A DNA stretch of 64,000 bases from the NCBI GenBank assembly GCA_013288685.1, contig JABDBM010000006.1:5712-69711 (forward strand), in the 5' to 3' direction. A program made the position numbers and the translations under genes. This DNA is from Bacteroidota bacterium. GTDB lineage: Bacteria > Bacteroidota > Bacteroidia > Sphingobacteriales > Sphingobacteriaceae. Numbering within the stretch: the first letter of the stretch is position 1; each line of letters starts with the position of its first letter. Of the stretch, positions 8,819 to 18,013 are shown in pieces. The notes beneath the pieces were generated by a model that was not told the origin of the DNA, did no database searches, and worked only from the letters and a program-made list of their open reading frames with translations.

Positions 8819-10501
8819 TTAATTGTTGGTGTGTTTTCTTTGAATTGAGTAGCATTTTACAAAGCTGCAGGTGCGGCAGTCAGCATCGGTAAAACTGTAC
8901 CGGATGCAAAAATCAATTTCATCGTCGCAACACGCTAAAGGGCTTATTGGCGGCGCCGTAAAGGAGATGCTGATAGCCGAACCTGATAGATTGGTAGTTG
9001 CCCCCGAAGCCAGGAACCAGTTTAGTGTATGATGCGTTGTGTTAACACCTGCAAGTGGAAAGACTCCATTACCCCAACTGCCAAATGTGCCGCCGGTGAA
9101 ATTGCCGAAGGTCTGCGAATCCTTATTACAGCCAAAACAAGCCTCGGCTCCGTTATGTATAAAACTTACCAACTCGGCTTTAAACGATTTGATGACGATA
9201 TTAGGAGCGCTTATAGTAGCGTTTACTGTGACAGTGTATGGCGCGCTTGATGAGTAAGTTACTTCTTGCTTTTCGAATCCCCAATCCTTGTATTGGTCGC
9301 AAAAGGTACAGGTGCAGCAGGGCATAGTTACCGAATCGGCGCAAGGCGTGGCCGAATTTAAACCCGTGCTGCTACATGTGCTGTTAATGGTATAACCCAC
9401 GAAAAGTTTTTTGTTACATAGGTTGTCGGTTACAATAAAACTGAAATTGTAATTATTGCCAGACGCAGCTAAAGCCGTTGGTAACGTAATATTTGTGCCC
9501 ACATCAGCCCCTGCATAATTGTTTTGTTTTAATGATGTTAGTTTTATCTGGGTAATGCTAATACCTGGTTTTGGATTTATAGCTACGTGGCCGCTAACAT
9601 GTACCAGCCCATCATCGCCACAGGCAACCTTATCAAACACTAATTGATAATCGGGACTGCATGGCGAGGCGAAGTCAAATTTGTTAGTGTTGCTGGTGCC
9701 GTTATTGCCGCCAACCGGTTTTCCATCGCGCCCAAGCGCCTGCACATTCCACACAAAACTGCAAAGGTACGGTGGCTGGCAGGGGCCGTTTATTAAATTA
9801 GGCACAACCGCCTGTGTTAAATTGTCTACATCTTTGGTAAGGATAGGCTGGTTCGCTTTTATGGCCTGCGGGCCTGTTTGGCCTTCCGTCAATTGCCATA
9901 CCCTTAGCCTGTAAGTTACCGGCTCCTGCGGTTTGGGGATAACGGGTGTCCATCTGAAGGTGGTGGGCTTTTTGATATCTGTTTCGCTAAATACGGTTCC
10001 ATCGGCGGGGAGAATAAGCTGCGGCGGCTGCATTGCTTGCTGATCGTTACCTCTTATGGTAAACGGTTTTATTTTTTCATCGCTTAAGGCAACGGTTTTA
10101 CCAACGCCGTATCCAAAAAACTGTACGCTAAGTTCATAATCGCCCGGTGCCAGCGTACAATCTTTTCCTAAAAATGATGCAGCACTACCTCCGCTCCAAA
10201 CTTTTGTTAAGGTGCTAAAGCCCGCTTCGGGAGCGGTGCTACTTGTATAAGCACCGCAAACTGTTTTGCCGTTTTGCTTAATGATAACCAGTATTTTGCT
10301 TTCTTCCACATGCGGGTTTACGCGCCCGTTAACTCCTTGCGAAGTTGCGGAGATCACGAACACCGAAGTTCCGGTTCCCCAATTCGCGGTATTGGCATCG
10401 GGGTTTGTCGGCAGCGTTATGTTAATGGCCGTGATGGGATTGGTTTGTGCAAATACCTGCACCGAAAGCATGACTAATACAATTGACAGGAACTTCTTCA
10501 T
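8819..10501 (-). CDS. Secreted Cys-rich protein with an Fn3-like domain and the same 8-Cys C-terminal domain
   Basis: Signal peptide; Fn3-like domain shared with 2414..3298; C-terminal CFGC..FGN..CC......CIRYSFTDADCRTC....C. Confidence 0.75.
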   Translation of the reverse strand: MKKFLSIVLVMLSVQVFAQTNPITAINITLPTNPDANTANWGTGTSVFVISATSQGVNGRVNPHVEESKILVIIKQNGKTVCGAYTSSTAPEAGFSTLTKVWSGGSAASFLGKDCTLAPGDYELSVQFFGYGVGKTVALSDEKIKPFTIRGNDQQAMQPPQLILPADGTVFSETDIKKPTTFRWTPVIPKPQEPVTYRLRVWQLTEGQTGPQAIKANQPILTKDVDNLTQAVVPNLINGPCQPPYLCSFVWNVQALGRDGKPVGGNNGTSNTNKFDFASPCSPDYQLVFDKVACGDDGLVHVSGHVAINPKPGISITQIKLTSLKQNNYAGADVGTNITLPTALAASGNNYNFSFIVTDNLCNKKLFVGYTINSTCSSTGLNSATPCADSVTMPCCTCTFCDQYKDWGFEKQEVTYSSSAPYTVTVNATISAPNIVIKSFKAELVSFIHNGAEACFGCNKDSQTFGNFTGGTFGSWGNGVFPLAGVNTTHHTLNWFLASGATTNLSGSAISISFTAPPISPLACCDDEIDFCIRYSFTDADCRTCSFVKCYSIQRKHTNN

Positions 10502-10625
10502 AGCATTGGTTTTATTCCGTCCCGGTGGTATGGGAATGAATTGTGAATAATTTATCTAAGGCAGGGTTAAAGTACCTGCAATTAACCAGCCGGGCAAGCG
10601 TGCCTGTGTAAGGGATGGTTATAAC

Positions 10626-10660
10626 TGATTGATTGACAAGTGTGAGTGAGTGAGCGGTAA
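10626..10660 (-). promoter_or_regulatory. Possible LytTR-type direct-repeat operator upstream of the Cys-rich/LOX operon
   Basis: tgattgattgacaa and tgagtgagcggtaa are 21 bp apart (two helical turns), between the kinase gene and the operon start. The match is weak. Confidence 0.3.
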
Positions 10661-10710
10661 AGGTGGGCAGTGGCGGTTCATTGTTGCAAACTGCAATCTG
10701 CCAACTGCAA

Positions 10711-13632
10711 CTACTGCTTAGCCTGCAGCCAGGATGGGAATAACTCCTGTGGGATAAAAAGGGTAATTTTATTGCCCGGATTTTTTTCGCTGACAAAAGC
10801 CGGAAACATAGCTATAGTTATGGCATGTTCGCCAAAGCTGCTCAATGCAGCAATACGTTTTTTTATCAGCTCCATGCCATGGCTTTTGTGTCCGTTGGGT
10901 TCCTTTAAAGCAAGGCTGCTGGCAATGCCGATGCCATTATCCGTTATGATAATCAACAGATTTTTATCAAGTTCTTTTAACTCAATGCTCACTTTTCCAT
11001 CAATTAACGATGGCATAATGCCGTGAAGCAGGGCATTTTCCAATAAAGGCTGAAGAATCATAGTAGGTATCATCCAATCTTCAATATCTAAATTCTCATC
11101 AACTGTTATTTCGTAAGCAAATCGACCGTTAAAACGCATCTGTTCCAGGCGCAGGTATATTTTTATGTTTTCCATTTCCTGCTCCATGGGGATGAACGAT
11201 TGCTGTGCGGCTTCGAAGTTTTTACGGATGAGGGAAGCAAAATCGCTGAGATAGCGGTTGGCACTTTGCCTGTCCTGTACGTTTATATAATGTTGAATAC
11301 TGTTGAGGGCGTTGAACATAAAATGAGGGTTCATTAGCGATGTAAATGCCTGTTGTTCAAGCGCGGCAGTTTGTACACCGGCAATTTGCTTAGCTAATTT
11401 ATCTTCCTTTTGCTTCTTTTGCCAGCGGTTTATCAGGTTAATAATAATAAACTGGGCGGTAACGGCTGCGACCAGCCAAAACCACACCGACTTCCAAAAA
11501 GGCGTTGCTATGTCAAATTTAAGCGTAAGTATCTTATCGCTGATATTACCGTTCACATCCACTGCCCTTACCTGAACAGTATGGTTACCGCTATTGAGCT
11601 CGATGGTTAGCGTGTTTTCGTTGAGGTTAATCCAATTTTTATTTTTATCCAGCGTGTACTGAAGTTTTTTAAAATGCCCGCTCAATTCGATCGCTGCAAA
11701 CTGCAGCTGTACATTTCGCTGATCGTAGTTAAGCGAATAAGCAGGCGATAACAAAGTATCGCGCTGATTAATACTCAGGCCTGTCAATTGCACTGGGATA
11801 TTAAATTTGGGGATAGAAATATTGGCTGGAATAATGGAAATGCCGTTGCCTGTAGCTGCATAAATGGTGTCTTTTTGGTAGTCCATTTCGTTGATCATGT
11901 TATCGGTCAACCCGTCGTTAACCGAAAGGTTCTGGATATCGTAACGTACCTTATTAGCGGTCAAATGGTAAGCTATAACGCTGATGCCGCCCACGGTACC
12001 CAACCAAACTTGCCCGGTCCCGCCTGCGGTTATGCTCCGCGTAGCATTGTTGATGATACCATCACTTTCATCAAAGTGAAGCAATACCTTGTCGTTTTTT
12101 ACCACCACGATGCCGCTGCCGGCGGTTGCTACCCAAAGCAGGTTATCGGGCGTTACACAAAGAGCGGTAACCCTTTCGCCAAGCAAAGAAGTGTTTTTAT
12201 TGAGTGCCAGGGTAGTATTGTTTGCATAATTAAACTTATATAATCCGTCTGTCGACCCATAATAGATGTTGCCGGTCATGTCCCTGGTTACTGCCGTTAT
12301 TCTTTTCATTTTGGTCAAAACGGTAAGCTTACCAGTAATGGTATTTAGTTTTCTGAGGCAGGTTGACTGCCCAACAATAATAATACTATCATTATAAGCT
12401 ATTCCGGTTTTAGCGGGCGTGCCCAGGTCTTTGGTATAATTAACATAAACACCGCTTTCAGAAAAGGTAAAAATTTTGTTTTGAGAAATTATTATTTTTC
12501 GCTGCCGCGCAATTAAGACTTTTTGAGGAATGGTGTTAATTTTAATTTTGTTCCGTCGGGCCTCAATTATTTCACCATAGTAGTTACCGGCAAGCAGTGT
12601 GCCGTCAGCTTTATGTACAATACTTAAGAAATTGGTTTTGGTAAAGCCGACCGGCATTTCAACGGCACTAAATTGTTTTTGCTTAAACAGAAGCAGCCCC
12701 TTATCGATAGTGCTAACCCAAATGTTCCCTTTATAATCCTTGTATATAGAATTGACGAGGAAATCGCCCTTTATGGTGGCTTCCCGTTGTAGTGTATTTT
12801 TATTAAACAAATAAATTTTTCCCGAAACGCCCAGTAGATAAAAGCTATCGTACGTAAATTCAAAATTGGAGAAAGCTTCCGGCAAACTAACAGAATCGAC
12901 GCTGATGTCAGATAGTTTTGATTCTAAATTGCTGTATATAAGACATTTGCCTGCGACGGTCCTAAATAAATAAAATTTCCCATCGTTTAGGCCCTCTAAA
13001 ATATGGTCGCCAAAAGCATTGTTCGGTAAAATAGCACTGTCAATACATTTTCCGTTTTTTATACGGCAAAATGCCGATGTCCATGTTTTTGAGTTGGTCC
13101 GTGCCCGTTGATATACCAGCCTGCTACCATCCCCATATTTTTGAATAAAGAAACCGTCCGAATCGGCTTGCAGTTTTTTATCTTTATAAACAAACGAACC
13201 CTTTTCGTTGGTAAATAACATACCGCCGTTTTTTAGCGGGAAAAAATACATTACCCCGGTTCCTTCTTGTATTTTGGCCAGGGCTGTATCTTGCTTCGCA
13301 TTAATAAACCTGTTTTTTTCTTCATCAAAATAAGCGGGCTTTTGTTTAAAGCAGTTTACCCAAATACGGCCATTAGTTTCCTTTACCACGGCCAGCACTT
13401 CGTTATCGGGCAAACCGTTGCGGGTGGTAAACACCTGGAAATGCTTACCATCAAAGCGCGCAATACCGGCATCGGTAGCTACCCATAAAAAGCCTTTATT
13501 ATCTTCAATACAACGGTAAACATAATTGCTGGGCAGGCCGTTATCTACAGTAAATGCAGTGTATTTTAATGGCTGCGCACCGCATGCTAATGTGGTGAGG
13601 CTGAAAAGCAATAGGGAAATTGCAATGCGCAT
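10711..13632 (-). CDS. LytS/YehU-type sensor histidine kinase with periplasmic two-component-regulator propeller and Y_Y_Y domains
   Basis: Probable start MRIAISLL (13632); NGLPSN..GFLWVAT..GI.RFDG repeats; TM helix; LMNPHFMFNALNSI His_kinase motif; QPLLENALLHG and DNGIG HATPase motifs. Confidence 0.92.
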   Translation of the reverse strand: MRIAISLLLFSLTTLACGAQPLKYTAFTVDNGLPSNYVYRCIEDNKGFLWVATDAGIARFDGKHFQVFTTRNGLPDNEVLAVVKETNGRIWVNCFKQKPAYFDEEKNRFINAKQDTALAKIQEGTGVMYFFPLKNGGMLFTNEKGSFVYKDKKLQADSDGFFIQKYGDGSRLVYQRARTNSKTWTSAFCRIKNGKCIDSAILPNNAFGDHILEGLNDGKFYLFRTVAGKCLIYSNLESKLSDISVDSVSLPEAFSNFEFTYDSFYLLGVSGKIYLFNKNTLQREATIKGDFLVNSIYKDYKGNIWVSTIDKGLLLFKQKQFSAVEMPVGFTKTNFLSIVHKADGTLLAGNYYGEIIEARRNKIKINTIPQKVLIARQRKIIISQNKIFTFSESGVYVNYTKDLGTPAKTGIAYNDSIIIVGQSTCLRKLNTITGKLTVLTKMKRITAVTRDMTGNIYYGSTDGLYKFNYANNTTLALNKNTSLLGERVTALCVTPDNLLWVATAGSGIVVVKNDKVLLHFDESDGIINNATRSITAGGTGQVWLGTVGGISVIAYHLTANKVRYDIQNLSVNDGLTDNMINEMDYQKDTIYAATGNGISIIPANISIPKFNIPVQLTGLSINQRDTLLSPAYSLNYDQRNVQLQFAAIELSGHFKKLQYTLDKNKNWINLNENTLTIELNSGNHTVQVRAVDVNGNISDKILTLKFDIATPFWKSVWFWLVAAVTAQFIIINLINRWQKKQKEDKLAKQIAGVQTAALEQQAFTSLMNPHFMFNALNSIQHYINVQDRQSANRYLSDFASLIRKNFEAAQQSFIPMEQEMENIKIYLRLEQMRFNGRFAYEITVDENLDIEDWMIPTMILQPLLENALLHGIMPSLIDGKVSIELKELDKNLLIIITDNGIGIASSLALKEPNGHKSHGMELIKKRIAALSSFGEHAITIAMFPAFVSEKNPGNKITLFIPQELFPSWLQAKQ

Positions 13633-13642
13633 GTGATTTTTT

Positions 13643-13716
13643 TGTAGAGACGCAATACTTTGCGTCTTGGATTGCTTGTAATAAACACGGGAGACGCAAT
13701 GCATTGCCTCTCTACA
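13643..13716. repeat. GTAG-type REP pair (inverted)
   Basis: tgtagagacgcaatactttgcgtct ... agacgcaatgcattgcctctctaca. Each unit is a hairpin, and the right unit supplies the TAG stop of the response regulator. Confidence 0.8.
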
Positions 13717-14494
13717 ATTTCCGGCCAAACATCAAACTTGCCGCCTTCATCTTTTCCAAAAAAAGTTCCAGTTGCCGGCGGCTGATGCTCCATTGGTTAC
13801 CATCTGTCATTTTCACAATTCCTCCGTCAATGGTGCTGTATTCCTTAATATATTTAAGGTTAACAATATACGATTTATGTATCCTTACAAACCTATTTTC
13901 GTCCAGCAAATCTTCAAAATCTTTTAGCGTTTTACTAATTACCAGTTTTTGCATATCCTTCATGTGGATGATAGTATAATTGCTATCAGCCTGTAAAGAT
14001 ACCATATCGTCAACCTCAATAAAGCTGATGCTCCCCAACTGCGGTAATGCAATTTTTTGAGGAGTTTCTTTTTTGCCGACCGACTCCAACAAATGTTGTA
14101 ACAACGCCCGGTTCTGATCGGCCGCTGCCGGGCTGCTTACCGCTCGTTTTACTTTTTCAACAGCTTTTTGTAGTTCAGTAATATTTACAGGTTTTAAAAT
14201 ATAATCAACGGCGCTCGCTTTTATGGCCTGCAGGGCATATTCATTATAAGCGGTTACAAAAACAACTTTAAAGTTTTGCTCCTGGAGATTGTTTAATAGC
14301 TGAAAGCCATTTTCGCCGGGCATGCTAATGTCAAGGAACACTACATCTGCAGTATGGTGTTTTAACCACTCCCGGGCCTGAGGTACACTTTGTGCTTTGC
14401 CCGCAACTTCTATTCCCTCGCAATCATAATGAAGCAAGAATTCCAAACTTTCCAGATTATTCACTTCATCATCAACCAGCAAAGCTTTTAACAT
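13712..14494 (-). CDS. LytTR-family response regulator
   Basis: Probable start MLKALLVDDE; FLDISMP, FVTAY and DYILKP receiver motifs; LytTR motifs ADSNYT and FVRIHKSYIVN. Confidence 0.95.
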   Translation of the reverse strand: MLKALLVDDEVNNLESLEFLLHYDCEGIEVAGKAQSVPQAREWLKHHTADVVFLDISMPGENGFQLLNNLQEQNFKVVFVTAYNEYALQAIKASAVDYILKPVNITELQKAVEKVKRAVSSPAAADQNRALLQHLLESVGKKETPQKIALPQLGSISFIEVDDMVSLQADSNYTIIHMKDMQKLVISKTLKDFEDLLDENRFVRIHKSYIVNLKYIKEYSTIDGGIVKMTDGNQWSISRRQLELFLEKMKAASLMFGRKL

Positions 14495-14725
14495 GCCCGA
14501 TATATTGGTTAAAATTTTAAAGGTAAACAATTATCGGGTATTTATTGGCCCGTTGTGTAACGGCTAATATTGGGTGCGTGTGGTATAAAATGGGTGAGGG
14601 AACGGCGAAATAATTATGTTTAAACCGTTAAATTAGGGTATCACGGTGCGCGCAATATGCCCTTTTTTGGCCTTGCACTGTGTTCATCCGGGCATGGTAG
14701 GTATGTTTATTTATTGATGTTTAAT

Positions 14726-14763
14726 AAAGCTGAAGCTGAAATGTTTATTTCAGCTTCAGCTTT
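14726..14763 (-). terminator. Intrinsic terminator-like hairpin after the T9SS cargo gene
   Basis: Perfect stem aaagctgaagctgaaat-gttt-atttcagcttcagcttt. Confidence 0.7.
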
Positions 14764-14773
14764 TGCTTTAGGC

Positions 14774-16597
14774 TTAGTTTATTATAAACTGTTTTTTAAT
14801 TACCTCATTTTCATGATGTATATGAACATAATAAGTGGCTTTAGCCAGTTTACTAATATCCATTGATAATTTTCCGGTCTTGTTTGTCCAGCCTTTTGCT
14901 ACCACTGCTCCTTTGGCATTTAAGAGCTCAACATAATAGCTTTTAAGGTTATTTGCTACAACAGCGGTTTGTTCTGTAGTTGTAGCACCGGTTGTTGCTT
15001 CATCTGTTGTATAAGCTACATTAAGCGTTGATGACGATGGATTTGGGAAAACGGTAAACGCTGCGCCGCCTCTGCCTCCGCAGGTTTTTACTGTAATAAT
15101 AACGTTGCTTTGTGTACTGTAGCCGCAGCTGTTAATGGCAAACAAATATATATGATAAGTACCTACACCCAAATCGGTTGTTAATGGCTTAGTTGTACCC
15201 GAGGCCCCAATTATATACTGGAAAGAACGATGGTCACTTATAGAAGTTATACTTGCGTCATAATCCGGATTAGCATGATTTGGAAAAAAATCTGCAGTGT
15301 TCGAATAAGCAGTGTAAGCTGTGGAGCAAACGTCGGGTGTAACCACTACATTGCCAATACCCCCCTGGGTACAAATACTTACAGTGCCGGTTGTTGATGG
15401 ATTAACCGGCACGCCGACACAAATAGGAAAACCTGGAACGGGTATATTGCTGTTGCCGCTACCGTCGGTGCAGGGCGACGTTACAGTTGCCGTTAAAACT
15501 GCATTTCCGCGTGTTACATATTGAAGGGTAACGGTTGAGCCATTGTTTGCGCCAAGAATAGTGGCCCCGGTTCCGGTTACTGACCACACAATTGAGCCCG
15601 ATGTGGCGGGGGCAATACTGTAGGTTTGTGTGCTTCCCGAACATAATGTAGTGGCCCCTGTAATTAGCGGCGGGTGAGCCGGGTCGAATAAAGCCGGGGT
15701 TGTAACAAATGGTTTATGTATAACGCCCCCACACATAGTAACATTTGCTGTTATGGTTTGCGGGCCTGAGTTTACTGCGGTTGGCGTAACAGTAATGGTG
15801 TTGGTAGTGCTCGTACCCGTCCAGCCGGTAGGTAACGTCCAGCTTATTGCGCTGGCGCAACTGCCGCCTGTAAAGCTATAAGTTAACGGAGCCGTACTGC
15901 CGCACACAACAGTTGCAGGCCCTGTAACCGTTATCCCGTCGGTAGTACTTACGATTAATTGTACCATGTTGCTGTAACTTACGTATGTTGCGCCATTTAG
16001 CGTGTAAGCCCGTATTTTAATGGTACCGCCGTGGCAACCGTCGGGTTTAAGGTACAGGCCATTGGTGCCGGTGGGAAGGTTATGCACAGTTGTTCCGTCA
16101 CTTACAGAACCATCAGGGTATTTCCATCCTGTAGGGATAGTCCATTCATAGCCATCGGCATAAGTGGTCGGGCTGAAATTATAGGCTACCTGCGGGATGG
16201 CATACAGAGAAGTGGCTGTATTGCACAAAGTCTGTGTGGGCGAACCTGATATTGGTCCCGGTGTAAAGTTTTTTAAGGCCTTTATATTATAAGTTAGGGG
16301 GTAGGTTGTTAAAACACCTCCCGGCGGTGTATAAGAAATGGTGAGTGTGCCGGTAGATGCGGTATAAAGGTCATTCCATTTAACAGTTACGGAACTAAGT
16401 ACAGTTGGAGAGCTTGTAATTGTGCCATTTGTAATTGACCATGTTCCGGTAGAGCCCACAGGCACTGATATTGTGCTTGGAGTGTAGATGATGGATGTTG
16501 CGGGATTTTGTCCGAAAGTAGCATCCGGTGTGAATTGTGCTGAAGCCTTTAAGGCAAAAAAGGCAATCAGGATTAGCACTGAAACTAATTTTTTCAT
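14774..16597 (-). CDS. T9SS type A sorting-domain protein with PKD-like Ig repeats
   Basis: Probable start MKKLVSVL (16597); repeats ISG...LC, YEWTIPTGW and WTLPTGW; C-terminal domain FTVFPNPS...G.V...DISKL..ATYYV.I......KQFIIN. Confidence 0.88.
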   Translation of the reverse strand: MKKLVSVLILIAFFALKASAQFTPDATFGQNPATSIIYTPSTISVPVGSTGTWSITNGTITSSPTVLSSVTVKWNDLYTASTGTLTISYTPPGGVLTTYPLTYNIKALKNFTPGPISGSPTQTLCNTATSLYAIPQVAYNFSPTTYADGYEWTIPTGWKYPDGSVSDGTTVHNLPTGTNGLYLKPDGCHGGTIKIRAYTLNGATYVSYSNMVQLIVSTTDGITVTGPATVVCGSTAPLTYSFTGGSCASAISWTLPTGWTGTSTTNTITVTPTAVNSGPQTITANVTMCGGVIHKPFVTTPALFDPAHPPLITGATTLCSGSTQTYSIAPATSGSIVWSVTGTGATILGANNGSTVTLQYVTRGNAVLTATVTSPCTDGSGNSNIPVPGFPICVGVPVNPSTTGTVSICTQGGIGNVVVTPDVCSTAYTAYSNTADFFPNHANPDYDASITSISDHRSFQYIIGASGTTKPLTTDLGVGTYHIYLFAINSCGYSTQSNVIITVKTCGGRGGAAFTVFPNPSSSTLNVAYTTDEATTGATTTEQTAVVANNLKSYYVELLNAKGAVVAKGWTNKTGKLSMDISKLAKATYYVHIHHENEVIKKQFIIN

Positions 16598-16821
16598 AAT
16601 GGATAAAGTTGTTGTTAAGGTTAATAAGTTAATTAAAGATTTAGAATTTAAATATAACTTAAAATTATTATAAAATAAAAAAACTCTCAAATTAAGCCCC
16701 TGGCGCATTATTGTTGCAACAATGATGCAATAAGTATTAGATACTAACGTTATACAAACAAGTAATTGAAACAATTACCGGCAATAAATAAACCAAATTA
16801 TTAACCTTAATCTTCAAAATC

Positions 16822-17337
16822 ATGGCCGAGTTAATTTCTTCTCCTTCAAAAACAGGCAGGCGCTTTGTTAAAAGAATGCCGCTGCGTATTGACCTTACCG
16901 CAATGGTCGATCTGGCATTTTTACTCATTACTTTTTTTATGCTCACCACATCGCTTGCAAAGCCCCGCGAAATGACGATGGTTATACCTATGGGCAACGA
17001 GGAGGGTGGTGCTCCCGAAACGCGCACGATGACCATTTGCCTGGGCAAAGGCAACCAGATAATGTATTACCTGGGGCTGGAAGACAAGCCAATTATACAA
17101 CCTACAGTTACCAATACCGCCGAAGGCATGCGCAATGCAATTATTGAAACCGGAAAACGGGTAAAGGCGGCAACCGGTAAAGGTTTGATTGTACTGGTTA
17201 AACCGGCACGGCATTCCATTTATTCAAACCTGGTTGATGCATTTGACGAACTGGATATTGCTGCTGTCCCAACGTACTCTATCGCAAAGCTTTCACCAAA
17301 AGACACCAGTTTGCTGATGCAGAAGGGGATTTTTTAG
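16822..17337 (+). CDS. exbD: Biopolymer transporter ExbD/TolR
   Basis: RIDLTAMVDLAFLLITFFMLTT motif and YSNLVDAFDEL. Confidence 0.9.
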   Translation: MAELISSPSKTGRRFVKRMPLRIDLTAMVDLAFLLITFFMLTTSLAKPREMTMVIPMGNEEGGAPETRTMTICLGKGNQIMYYLGLEDKPIIQPTVTNTAEGMRNAIIETGKRVKAATGKGLIVLVKPARHSIYSNLVDAFDELDIAAVPTYSIAKLSPKDTSLLMQKGIF

Positions 17338-17411
17338 TAGTTCATTAGCTCACTGGTGTTGTGGCTGTAATTCATGCTGTTGCGGGATGTTAGTGAAAAC
17401 CACTTTTTCCT

Positions 17412-17519
17412 TTTGTCATCCTGAGCGCAGCGAAGGATCTTCTGAGACATACGTAGCAAACTATGCACGTGGGCTATTGCCGGGCGTAGAAGATCCTTCG
17501 CTGCGCTCAGGATGACAAA
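17412..17519. repeat. Perfect 32-bp inverted repeat (GTCATCCTGAGC-type REP-like element)
   Basis: tttgtcatcctgagcgcagcgaaggatcttct (17412-17443) and its exact reverse complement (17488-17519). Confidence 0.85.
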
Positions 17520-18013
17520 TCACTTTTTCAATTAAACGCTGTCAAAGCAAACCAATGAACCAATGAACTCCCTCACCAGATCGTCACGAATTTGTTACCA
17601 ACTGCTTTTTAATTGAAAATCAATAATATTTTTAATAAATTGTGATTGTATTTGGAAATGGAAAACTTTAGCCCTGTAGATGGACGGCATTGTGCCCAAA
17701 ATGGCCATATTTAGGGAATAACCCCATTTATTGTTTTCCAAAACTTCCCATTTACCCCTTAATAACTTAAGGCAATGCCAGCCTTTTTTTTAGTACTCAG
17801 GCAACGTAATTAAAGAAATAACAGTACTGATATTGCGTCATATTTATAACAAAAAACGTTGTTTTTTACATTTCTTATCGTAAAGGCCTATGTTTTTTGC
17901 AATTTTTATCTAAATTTAGCTTCTATCTATATTTTATCAGTTTGCAGGTAAGCAACACGTAACTGCCGTATAAAATATATTTGTTTATTTATAATTAACT
18001 ATTAATTGATTTT

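Noticed and set aside
10512-10796. 94-aa minus-strand ORF between the kinase and the Cys-rich operon
   Set aside because: It overlaps the kinase end, spans repeat and promoter DNA, and has no plausible protein features.
13633-16774. Long N-terminal extensions given by the track for the kinase, the LytTR regulator and the T9SS protein
   Set aside because: Downstream ATGs (13632, 14494, 16597) give proper signal-peptide or receiver starts, and the kinase extension runs through a REP.
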